From Deltaproteobacteria bacterium (lineage in GTDB: Bacteria; Myxococcota_A; UBA9160; SMWR01), in NCBI GenBank assembly GCA_032128375.1, contig JAQBGU010000016.1, positions 1 to 16,658 of the forward strand: a stretch of 16,658 nt of DNA, in the 5' to 3' direction. Positions 1 to 7,262 of the stretch are shown piece by piece. A model generated the notes under the pieces. That model saw nothing but the letters and a program-made list of their open reading frames with translations. It had not been told where the DNA came from and ran no database searches. The position numbers and the translations under genes were made by a program. Numbering within the stretch: the first letter of the stretch is position 1; each line of letters starts with the position of its first letter.

Positions 1-1524
1 GTCTTGGAACAGCAGTATCCCAGCTCCGAGCACCAGTGAATCCCGGAGGTCGTAGCCAAGATCGAATCGGACGATGCTGCCGTCCTGAGCGTGGTTGCCG
101 AAAACGATCGCGACAAGGGTCGCCGCGAGTCGGTCGTTCATGAAACTGCGTCTGATGCGAACCGCTGTCTCCAGCGAATTTTGCTCTACACTGAAATTTG
201 GACGCATCTTCTCGCGAAAGCCGAAGATATGGCGGTTTGCCACTTCCACGACAATATTGGTGTCGGCAAGACCGTAGTACTCCACACCGATCATGAAGTC
301 GAGTCGACTCTTGCGGGTCGTTCCTGACGGGATCTGGGTCGAGATCGGTCCCATCGCGGTGGGTATCGTGAAGCGGGTCGACGTGGTGTAGTCGAGGCCA
401 TCGAGCCAGGCGAGTTCGGTCTTTGCGAGCCAACTTCCGATCGTGTAGTTGGCGCCCGATCCCACCAAAGTGAAGCGGCTGTGTCGCGTTTCGGTTCCCG
501 CACCCGGGATCGGACCGGAAAGAACCGGCCGCAGGACAGCGGCGTCGGCCCACAATCGAGCGAAGTGAAACGAGATGTCCCAGCCGGAGAACACGCCGCC
601 GAGGGCCGCCGCCCAACCGGTGTTGTCGAACGACTCGGAGGGGACCTTGTCCGGCGCCACGAAACTCTCGAGCGTTCCGAGCGAGGAGAAGATGGGTGCG
701 AAGTCGCTTCCGATGGGCGGGTTCTTGCTGAAGCGGATTTCCGGAATTGCGATCAAGCTGAGCGTCCACGCGCGGTAGAACGCATCGGCTCTTAGCATGA
801 CGACCGGGCGTCGCAAATCCTCGATGTCGGTCAGGCCGGGCTCGCGATTGTCGAGAGGGTTCAGTACATCGAGGACGCGCAGCGTGTCCGATCTTCCCCA
901 GTTGACGATCTGGCGACCGATCTTCAAGTCGAGTGGCTTCGCGAGGCTGCCCTGGACCCAGGCCTCTTGAACGTCGACTTCCCACTCATACGCGTTGAGT
1001 ACATCGGCTGTGTACTGATGCCGACCGTTGGCGAGATACGCCCAGTCGTAGAAGCCGAAGCCCGAGACGCGACCGCGCCAGCCGGCGGGCAGGTCGATGT
1101 CGAGTTGCAGGTTCAGCCGGGTACGCAGTCGCGCGAGACCCTGGTATTGGGTTCCGGTGGCCGACTCGTGATCGAGGTAGTTGATGGATGAGCCGAGGCT
1201 GGTACTTCCGGTCAGCTCCCAGAATCGTTGGGTCGGCGCGGTTCGCGGCGGTTCGCCCGAATCGAACTCATCTTCGAATCCGCCGTCGTCTGAATCACCT
1301 TTGTCGAACCCAGTGTCGTCCCCCGGATCGTTTTCGGCATCACCGTCTTCGAACCCGCGGTGGTCGTCGTCGTCCGAATCGAAGCCGCCCAGGTCGTCGT
1401 CGCCCGGTTCATCGAAGCCGCCCAGGTCGTGGGCGTCTTCAGCGGAGTCGGCCGCATTCGCGACTCCGAGTACTGCGGCCCACAACCCGGCGACCACGCA
1501 CAGCAGCCAGATCCGCCGCTTCAG
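1..1524 (-). CDS. DUF1302-like outer-membrane beta-barrel protein, 3' end outside the window; probable CTG start
   Basis: Not in the ORF track because its stop lies outside the window. Manual translation gives an open frame from 1524 to 1: (M)KRRIWLLCVVAGLWAAVLGVANA (signal peptide), an acidic linker, then ...EWEVDVQEAWVQG...LDLKIGRQIVNWGRSDTLRVLDVLNPLDNREPGLTDIEDLRRP.... The GRQ.V.WG..D....D..NP.D motif is typical of DUF1302-like proteins. It sits next to a LolA-like gene, the usual partner. Confidence 0.8.
   Translation of the reverse strand, partial: MKRRIWLLCVVAGLWAAVLGVANAADSAEDAHDLGGFDEPGDDDLGGFDSDDDDHRGFEDGDAENDPGDDTGFDKGDSDDGGFEDEFDSGEPPRTAPTQRFWELTGSTSLGSSINYLDHESATGTQYQGLARLRTRLNLQLDIDLPAGWRGRVSGFGFYDWAYLANGRHQYTADVLNAYEWEVDVQEAWVQGSLAKPLDLKIGRQIVNWGRSDTLRVLDVLNPLDNREPGLTDIEDLRRPVVMLRADAFYRAWTLSLIAIPEIRFSKNPPIGSDFAPIFSSLGTLESFVAPDKVPSESFDNTGWAAALGGVFSGWDISFHFARLWADAAVLRPVLSGPIPGAGTETRHSRFTLVGSGANYTIGSWLAKTELAWLDGLDYTTSTRFTIPTAMGPISTQIPSGTTRKSRLDFMIGVEYYGLADTNIVVEVANRHIFGFREKMRPNFSVEQNSLETAVRIRRSFMNDRLAATLVAIVFGNHAQDGSIVRFDLGYDLRDSLVLGAGILLFQD
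1378..1430. repeat. 20-bp direct repeat (ATCGAAGCCGCCCAGGTCGT, two copies, period 33) encoding DLGGFD in the acidic N-terminal linker
   Basis: Exact copies at 1378-1397 and 1411-1430. They are part of five GF(D/E) motifs in a D/E/G-rich segment. Confidence 0.9.
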
Positions 1525-2333
1525 GGGCCGCGCTCCAATGTGCGCACGGTGAACAGATCTTCGTCGTGTTGTTGATTGAATCGCACATTGTGAACCTTCA
1601 AGACGGTCTTGTGCAGCGTCGTTTTCCCCTTCTTGGTCGTCATGTGAGTCTCCGTTGGGACCCAGATGCCGTCGATCAATTCCAACGATTTGACGTCCAA
1701 GTATTTTTCGCGCTCGCCCTTCTTGACCCAACTCTTCGCGCGGACGACAACGTGATTGTCCTGCCGCACGAATACGACAGATTTCGTGTAGCCCGTCTCC
1801 TCGATTTCGTCGTCGCTGTTGGGGATCGCCTCGACGATCCACACAGGGTGACCGTCGACCTCATCCTCCTTGAGGAGCCGGTAGTCGTAGTGGTCCAGGT
1901 CACGATCCGTCATGTCGGAGTACGTGAAATCGGACCCCATGAAGCTGCCGCTCTTGTCGCCAGTGGCAATGCGTTTGGTTTTCTTCAACGCGGGAAGAAA
2001 CAGCCATTGGTCGTCGTCATGGTCGGATGAGTCGTAGTCGTAGGTGAGAAAACCCGTGTCCTTCACCGGTGCGGGGGCGAGGAAGAACATGATGGATTGG
2101 GTGTCTTCACCGACATCGCGACTCAGCATGCGAATCGTCCGCTCGCGCCGTTCGCCGCGTTTGTCGATCAGGATCATCTCCATGTCCTGGGTCAAGTGGT
2201 CCCCGTCGTCTCGAGCGTCGACGAGATCCATGATCTCACGTCCCGTCGGCATTTCGCCGGCAGCCGCACACGCGGCCAACACGATCAGAAACAAGGCCAA
2301 GGAGATAGACCGAACAGGGGCCATCGAAGACAT
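1521..2333 (-). CDS. Outer membrane lipoprotein-sorting protein (LolA-like)
   Basis: 270-aa ORF with an N-terminal signal peptide and the family motifs FLAPAPVKDTGFL, DDQWLFLPALKKTKRI and SFMGSDFTYSD. Confidence 0.88.
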   Translation of the reverse strand: MSSMAPVRSISLALFLIVLAACAAAGEMPTGREIMDLVDARDDGDHLTQDMEMILIDKRGERRERTIRMLSRDVGEDTQSIMFFLAPAPVKDTGFLTYDYDSSDHDDDQWLFLPALKKTKRIATGDKSGSFMGSDFTYSDMTDRDLDHYDYRLLKEDEVDGHPVWIVEAIPNSDDEIEETGYTKSVVFVRQDNHVVVRAKSWVKKGEREKYLDVKSLELIDGIWVPTETHMTTKKGKTTLHKTVLKVHNVRFNQQHDEDLFTVRTLERGP

Positions 2334-2352
2334 CCGTGGATCCTCAGGGAGT

Positions 2353-2380
2353 TTTATTTATTTTACGTTCAATAATTAAA
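2353..2380. promoter_or_regulatory. AT-rich imperfect palindrome upstream of the LolA-like gene; putative operator/promoter
   Basis: TTTATTTATTTT-ACGT-TCAATAATTAAA. The arms match at 9/12 positions around a self-complementary ACGT. It lies about 20 nt upstream of the ATG at 2333 and is a sharp AT island in GC-rich DNA. Confidence 0.5.
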
Positions 2381-2498
2381 TATGTCCAACGGCGACACGG
2401 ACAGCGGTGCCCCCCCCGGCGGGGAAGTCGGGTTTAGAAGAAGTTGAACCCAGGTCGAAGCCAGTTCAATCTGCTCGCGGCTCCGAGACCCGAGCCGA

Positions 2499-3113
2499 TC
2501 AGATGCCCGAAACGGACTTTCGGTCGTTCGCCGTCGACTCGTCGAGATGTGCGCTGCAATTGAACAGCCCCACCCGCCACGGCGTTTTCGCCTCGACGAC
2601 CGTCAGCGAGGTGTTTGCGAAACCCATCGAGGCCTCTTCGTGTTCCGCCAGCGTCACGTGTCGGAGCATCAATGAGTAGAGCACCAACCCATGCGTGACC
2701 ACCGCGAGATTGCCGGCGGTCTGCATCGCCGCCTGGCGGATCGCCTCCCAGGCCAGGTCGACCCGCGCATGAAACGTCTCCCAAGTTTCGCCCCCGGGCG
2801 GCACATAGCCGGGGCTGAACAGGTCGACATCGAGATCGTCGTAGTGGCAGCCCCGGTGATCTCCAAAGTTGCGTTCGCGCAGCAGCGGTTGCGAATCCAC
2901 AGCGATACCCGCCGCCGCACCCAGGGGCGCGGCGGTCATCGCAGCGCGCGCATAATCGCTGGCGAAAATCTGCGAGATGCCGGCATTCGCCAATCGCTCG
3001 CCGAGCAGAGCGGCCTGCGCGTGCCCGCGCTCCGATAGCGGGGTCTCCGGCACTTGGACGAAGCGGTTGGCATTGCCGGCCGTCTCGCCGTGTCGAATCA
3101 GCAGGATAGACAT
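2499..3113 (-). CDS. Histidine phosphatase family protein (phosphoglycerate mutase-like)
   Basis: Motifs LIRHGET (catalytic RHG), SDYARA, LRERNFG, PPGGET and VVTHG. Confidence 0.93.
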   Translation of the reverse strand: MSILLIRHGETAGNANRFVQVPETPLSERGHAQAALLGERLANAGISQIFASDYARAAMTAAPLGAAAGIAVDSQPLLRERNFGDHRGCHYDDLDVDLFSPGYVPPGGETWETFHARVDLAWEAIRQAAMQTAGNLAVVTHGLVLYSLMLRHVTLAEHEEASMGFANTSLTVVEAKTPWRVGLFNCSAHLDESTANDRKSVSGI

Positions 3114-3126
3114 TGAGTCTCTTACG

Positions 3127-3159
3127 GTTGTAGTAGTAGTTGTTGTTGTAGTTGTTGTT
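3127..3159. repeat. Trinucleotide microsatellite (GTW)11, which reads (AAC/UAC)n on the mRNA strand; intergenic
   Basis: Eleven consecutive GTT/GTA triplets between the PqiC-like stop (3192) and the phosphatase start (3113). Confidence 0.9.
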
Positions 3160-3191
3160 TTAGGTTTTGTAGGTGCTGTCAGTCGCTGTGG

Positions 3192-3821
3192 CTATTGTGG
3201 TTGTTGTCGCTGTTCGCGCTGATCCTCCGCGCGCCGCAAATCGACGAGGAAACGCTCGAAAATGCTGTGAACCGCGTCACTGATTGCGCTGGCAGCGGCT
3301 GCGACGCCCGACGCAGCAAGCCTTTCCGCGTAGCTCTCGTGAACCAGCAATTCACCATCGGTGCCAGTAACAGTCAAATCGAGTTCGACGATTACCGCCT
3401 TTTCGTCCAGCACGCGCTCGAGGCGGTGGATACGACCCGAAACGCGGTAGTCCGGTCGGGTTTGTGCGTTTGCCTCCATCACGATCTCCGCCGCATTCGC
3501 GTTGCGCAGGAAGCGGACCAGTGCCGTCTGGAACGCGATGGACGGCGGGTCGCTCCACCGGTGATAGTTGTATTGCCGAATCTCTGCCGAGCCTTCGTGC
3601 GGTCGGTACAAGAGACGGCGTTGCCCGACCAACCCGTCGGTACGCAGCGGGTCGACGTGAAGTGTGCCGTGTAGCGTGGTTCCGTTTGCGGTACTGGGGT
3701 CAGAAACCTCAACGCGATAGAAGCGATCGATCGGCGCTGGAGCGCCGGCACAAGCTGCGAACACGAACGCTGCAGCTAGAGCCAAAGCAGCACGCCTCGG
3801 CGTGTCTTTTTGCAAAATCAT
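3192..3821 (-). CDS. ABC-type transport auxiliary lipoprotein (PqiC/DUF330-like)
   Basis: Lipobox-like FVFAAC, then RFYRV and YNYHRWSDPPS (the RW..PP motif). ATGA overlap with the upstream MCE gene. Confidence 0.85.
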   Translation of the reverse strand: MILQKDTPRRAALALAAAFVFAACAGAPAPIDRFYRVEVSDPSTANGTTLHGTLHVDPLRTDGLVGQRRLLYRPHEGSAEIRQYNYHRWSDPPSIAFQTALVRFLRNANAAEIVMEANAQTRPDYRVSGRIHRLERVLDEKAVIVELDLTVTGTDGELLVHESYAERLAASGVAAAASAISDAVHSIFERFLVDLRRAEDQREQRQQPQ

Positions 3822-4741
3822 CGAGCTGGCACGGAGTCGTCGGCCACGTCTCGGCCTCGCAGTAACACGCCGGGATTCTCGCGGATCTGCGAGCTGAACT
3901 CGTTGGCGTTGCGCGCAGTGTTGTCGAGATTGTTCGCGATCGAATCGATATGGCGCGACACCGTTTCGAGTGATGCGTGAAGGTCGCCGAGTGCGTGACC
4001 AATGTCACCGCTGCGCTCGTCCATCATCGAGTTGACCGCCGCCAGCACGCCGTCGATCTCTCCCTTTGTCTCCTTCAAGCCGATCGTCAACGCGGAGACG
4101 TCTTCGGTGACACCGTTGAGGTTGACCAGAATACTCTCGATGTTCTTTGCGTTCCGAGCACTCAGGACTTCGGCAATCCGCGTGTTGATTGTCTCTAGCA
4201 AGTTCGCGATCTGTGCCGCGTTCTGATCGTTCAGCACCGAACTCACGCTCGAAGTGATCCCTTCGAGCTGCGGCTTCAAGAATTCGATGAGATCGGATAC
4301 TTCCGTCAACAACTCGCCCGCTGATGCCATCAGACCACGGTCCTCGTCGGCTTGCAGCTCGCCCCCGGGTTCGAGCAGTGCAACCTGATTGCCCGCCCGG
4401 ATGTTGACGACGAGTGCTGCGAGTGGCGTGGCCGATGCGGTTTCTGCGACAGAGCCGACCGGAATAGGCCAGCCCTCCTCGACCTCGATATCCACCCGAT
4501 AGTTCTTGCCGCCCGTGTGTGCGCCCTCAGACTTTTCGATGCTATCGATCAATCCGATCTGGTAGCCCTCGAACAGGATCTGGGTGCCCGGTTTGAGCCC
4601 CATCACGTTGTTCCACAAGATGTAGTACGAATCGGTCGAGGTTGCCGTGCCCAGCAGCACGGCGACCCACACAATCAACAAGGCGAGCATCGAGAGCACG
4701 AAGGCTCCCACGGCGATGTAGTTGCGATTGGGGTCTTTCAT
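3818..4741 (-). CDS. MlaD/MCE family substrate-binding protein with a helical C-terminal extension
   Basis: N-terminal TM segment (YIAVGAFVL...), MCE motif VMGLKPGTQILFEGYQIGLI, coiled-coil region and C-terminal IRENPGVLLRG. Confidence 0.9.
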   Translation of the reverse strand: MKDPNRNYIAVGAFVLSMLALLIVWVAVLLGTATSTDSYYILWNNVMGLKPGTQILFEGYQIGLIDSIEKSEGAHTGGKNYRVDIEVEEGWPIPVGSVAETASATPLAALVVNIRAGNQVALLEPGGELQADEDRGLMASAGELLTEVSDLIEFLKPQLEGITSSVSSVLNDQNAAQIANLLETINTRIAEVLSARNAKNIESILVNLNGVTEDVSALTIGLKETKGEIDGVLAAVNSMMDERSGDIGHALGDLHASLETVSRHIDSIANNLDNTARNANEFSSQIRENPGVLLRGRDVADDSVPAR

Positions 4742-4820
4742 GCGGGTGGGACCCTAGCAGAGCAACCCGGGGCGATGCTGGGTTCCCGCGCCCAACTCCG
4801 AACTCGGTTCCGCGACAGGA

Positions 4821-5627
4821 TCACGCCTGTCCCATCAACCGAGCCAGGTACGCCTCGGGGTCCGGCTCTTCCTCTTCGAACTTGCGGTTCAGCAGGTTCT
4901 GAATGCGATCGTTGTCACTGTTTCGAACTTCCTCCACCGTTCCGACCATCAGGATCGCGCCCTGATCGAGGACGGTAATGCGATCGGCGATCCGGAATGC
5001 GCTGTCGAGTTCGTGCGTTACCACGACAATCGTCATCCCCATCGCGCTGCGGAGCCGGAGGATCAACTCATCGAGCGCCGCGGACACGACCGGGTCGAGC
5101 CCGGCGGAGGGTTCGTCACAGAACAAGAGCGACGGGTCCGTAATGATCGCCCGGGCCAGCGCAGCGCGCTTGAGCATGCCGCCCGAGAGTTCCGAAGGCA
5201 TCAGGTCCTCGAACCCGGCCAAATTGACGACTTCGAGCTTCATCCGCGCCATGATTTCCATCGTGGTCTGGTCGAGGTCTGTGTGTTCCCGCAGCGGCAA
5301 GGTGATGTTCTGGCCCACGGTCAGCGAACTCAACAGCGCGCCGCCCTGAAATGAGACTCCAATCTTCCGGCACAGCGCGTAGATCTCGATCTGGCTGAGT
5401 TCGGAAAGTTCGCTTCCCAGAAGCTTGATCGAACCCGAGGTCGCCCTTTCCAATGCCATCAGATGACGCAGCAGAGTGGTCTTGCCGGAGCCGCTGCCGC
5501 CCATGATTACCATGATCTCGCCGCGCCGGATGCGCAGATTTACGTTCTTGAGAATCTGCCGGGTCCCGTAGTGGGTGACGAGATCCGCGACCTCGATGAC
5601 GAATTCGCCGTTCGGTTCAGCGCTCAA
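4821..5627 (-). CDS. mlaF: ABC transporter ATP-binding protein (MlaF/Mkl type)
   Basis: Walker A GGSGSGKTT, signature LSGGM, Walker B LLFCDEP and H-loop VTHE. The start is reassigned to TTG at 5627, which forms a TTGA overlap with the permease stop. The ORF-track extension to 5924 lies inside the permease gene. Confidence 0.9.
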   Translation of the reverse strand: MSAEPNGEFVIEVADLVTHYGTRQILKNVNLRIRRGEIMVIMGGSGSGKTTLLRHLMALERATSGSIKLLGSELSELSQIEIYALCRKIGVSFQGGALLSSLTVGQNITLPLREHTDLDQTTMEIMARMKLEVVNLAGFEDLMPSELSGGMLKRAALARAIITDPSLLFCDEPSAGLDPVVSAALDELILRLRSAMGMTIVVVTHELDSAFRIADRITVLDQGAILMVGTVEEVRNSDNDRIQNLLNRKFEEEEPDPEAYLARLMGQA

Positions 5628-6463
5628 AACTGGGTCATCGTATATACGAACAACAAATCGCTGATGATGATCGCCGAGATCCCGGCGACCACAGAATCTC
5701 TGGTAACCCGTCCAACCCCTTCGGCGCCGCCCACGACCGAAGTACCCTTGGCGGCGGCCACGATCGTGATCAACACCGCGAAGATCGCAGTCTTGGTCAA
5801 CCCGTGTGCGAGATCGTCGATTGTGATCGATGCGTTGACGTCGGCGATGAACGCGCCGAGCGTCGTCCCGATGACCGGGGTGACGTAAAGTGCGGATGCC
5901 ATCAATGCGATGCCGATCGACCACAGCGTGAGCGTGGGCAACACGATCAGCATGGCGACAAGGCTAGGTGCCACCAGAAAGCGGACCGGGTTGATTCCCA
6001 TGACCTTCAACGCGTCGACTTCCTGAGAGATGGTCATGGCGCCGATGCGCGCCGCGAGAGACGAGCCGGATCGGCCCGCCACAATGATGCCAGTGATCAG
6101 CGGCCCGAACTCGCGCGTTACCCCCAGCGCCACTCCGCCGATCACTTGATGTTGAGCGCCGAACTGCTCTAGCCCCTGAATTCCCTGCATCGACAACGTG
6201 AATCCGATCGCAATCGATACCACGGAGACGATCGGGATGGCGTGCACGCCGATGTCCATCATTTCGGCTGCGATGTGCTCCGCGCGTACGATCTGGCGAA
6301 GCTGCCTCCCGCGGACCAACCAACGGACCGAATCGTACGCCAGGCTGGCCCCGAGCCCGAAGAAGGCCATTCTTTCGGCCGCACCCCGGCCGAGTCGCTC
6401 GAGCATTTGGAGCGCGGCGTTCGGCGAGCCGCTTGGCGAACTAGGAGCTGCCACCGAGACCAT
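5624..6463 (-). CDS. mlaE: MlaE-family ABC transporter permease
   Basis: Hallmark motifs TREFGPLITGIIVAGRSGS and EVDALKVMGINPVRFLVAP, plus GGAEGVGRVT..SVV. The start is uncertain (ATG 6463 or GTG 6454). Confidence 0.9.
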   Translation of the reverse strand: MVSVAAPSSPSGSPNAALQMLERLGRGAAERMAFFGLGASLAYDSVRWLVRGRQLRQIVRAEHIAAEMMDIGVHAIPIVSVVSIAIGFTLSMQGIQGLEQFGAQHQVIGGVALGVTREFGPLITGIIVAGRSGSSLAARIGAMTISQEVDALKVMGINPVRFLVAPSLVAMLIVLPTLTLWSIGIALMASALYVTPVIGTTLGAFIADVNASITIDDLAHGLTKTAIFAVLITIVAAAKGTSVVGGAEGVGRVTRDSVVAGISAIIISDLLFVYTMTQF

Positions 6464-6773
6464 CCGCGAGCGTCGCGTGGATCGGAAAAACCTTGTCGAG
6501 TCGGGCAAGTTCGAGCACCCGCATCGCAGCTGGGTTCACCGAAACCAATCCGAATGCAGAACCGGCCTTCTTCGCGGTCTGAAATGCTTCGACGAGGCTC
6601 GCAACGCCCGAACTGTCGATATAGCTGACCTCGGATAGATCCACGAGAACGTCCCGCTTCTTTGCGACGCAGTCGAGCAATATTTCGCGCGCCTTCGGGG
6701 AATGCTCGAGATCGACTTCTCCCTGAAGGGATACCACCAGGGTTTTCTGCTCTTCTCTCACTGCGTGTTCCAT
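6441..6773 (-). CDS. STAS-domain anti-sigma factor antagonist (RsbV/SpoIIAA-like)
   Basis: 110 aa with GEVDL and DLSEVSYIDSSGVASLV, which includes the phospho-acceptor Ser of the DSSG motif. A GGAG Shine-Dalgarno (SD) sequence lies upstream. Confidence 0.92.
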   Translation of the reverse strand: MEHAVREEQKTLVVSLQGEVDLEHSPKAREILLDCVAKKRDVLVDLSEVSYIDSSGVASLVEAFQTAKKAGSAFGLVSVNPAAMRVLELARLDKVFPIHATLADGLGGSS

Positions 6774-6800
6774 CGCTCCTCTCGCGCCCTTGCAGGGTCG

Positions 6801-7262
6801 TCAATCGATTCGGCGTACCATTCTTAACAGATTCCCCTGGCCATTCCCCTGTCCATTCCCCTGTCCATTCCCCTGTCCAGAGGGGGGTTGGGCGAAGCTC
6901 GTTTCGTCCATCACTTGGCGGATGAAGTGGGTCCCGAGCCCGCCGGGCCGGATATCGTCGAGATCCCGCGGCTTGACGGTATCGGGATCGATGGTCGGGG
7001 CGAAGTCGGTGAGTGAGAAGATCAATTTGTCTCCGACGTGATCGATCTCGATGACGATCTGGCCATCCGGCTGCCCGCTGTAGGCGTGTCGGATGATGTT
7101 TTGGCAGGCTTCATCGATGGCGAGCACGATGTCGGCGGTCGACTCCGGGTCGCAGCCGCAACCTTCGACACAGCTGCGGACCGCTTCTCGGATGGTCTTC
7201 AGCTCGGCTGGGCGAGCGGGCACCCGCAATTCGAGCATTCGACCTTCTCGTGTTGCCGTCAT
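6801..7262 (-). CDS. Anti-sigma factor / Ser kinase, HATPase_c (RsbW-like)
   Basis: N-box LAIDEACQNIIRHAY and G2 box RPGGLGTHFI. ATGA overlap with the phosphatase gene. Confidence 0.9.
   Translation of the reverse strand: MTATREGRMLELRVPARPAELKTIREAVRSCVEGCGCDPESTADIVLAIDEACQNIIRHAYSGQPDGQIVIEIDHVGDKLIFSLTDFAPTIDPDTVKPRDLDDIRPGGLGTHFIRQVMDETSFAQPPSGQGNGQGNGQGNGQGNLLRMVRRID
6831..6878. repeat. In-frame 12-bp tandem repeat, four copies (ATTCCCCTGTCC), encoding (GQGN)4
   Basis: Three perfect copies plus one copy with a single mismatch, inside the kinase CDS. Confidence 0.95.

Noticed and set aside
1188..2030. Long plus-strand ORFs antisense to real genes (also 7553..8479, 4352..4978 and others)
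   Set aside because: These are typical antisense shadow ORFs of high-GC coding sequence and carry no motifs.
5628..5924. N-terminal extension of the ABC ATPase given by the ORF track
   Set aside because: It is Arg-rich off-frame sequence inside mlaE. A coupled TTG start at 5627 fits the family length.
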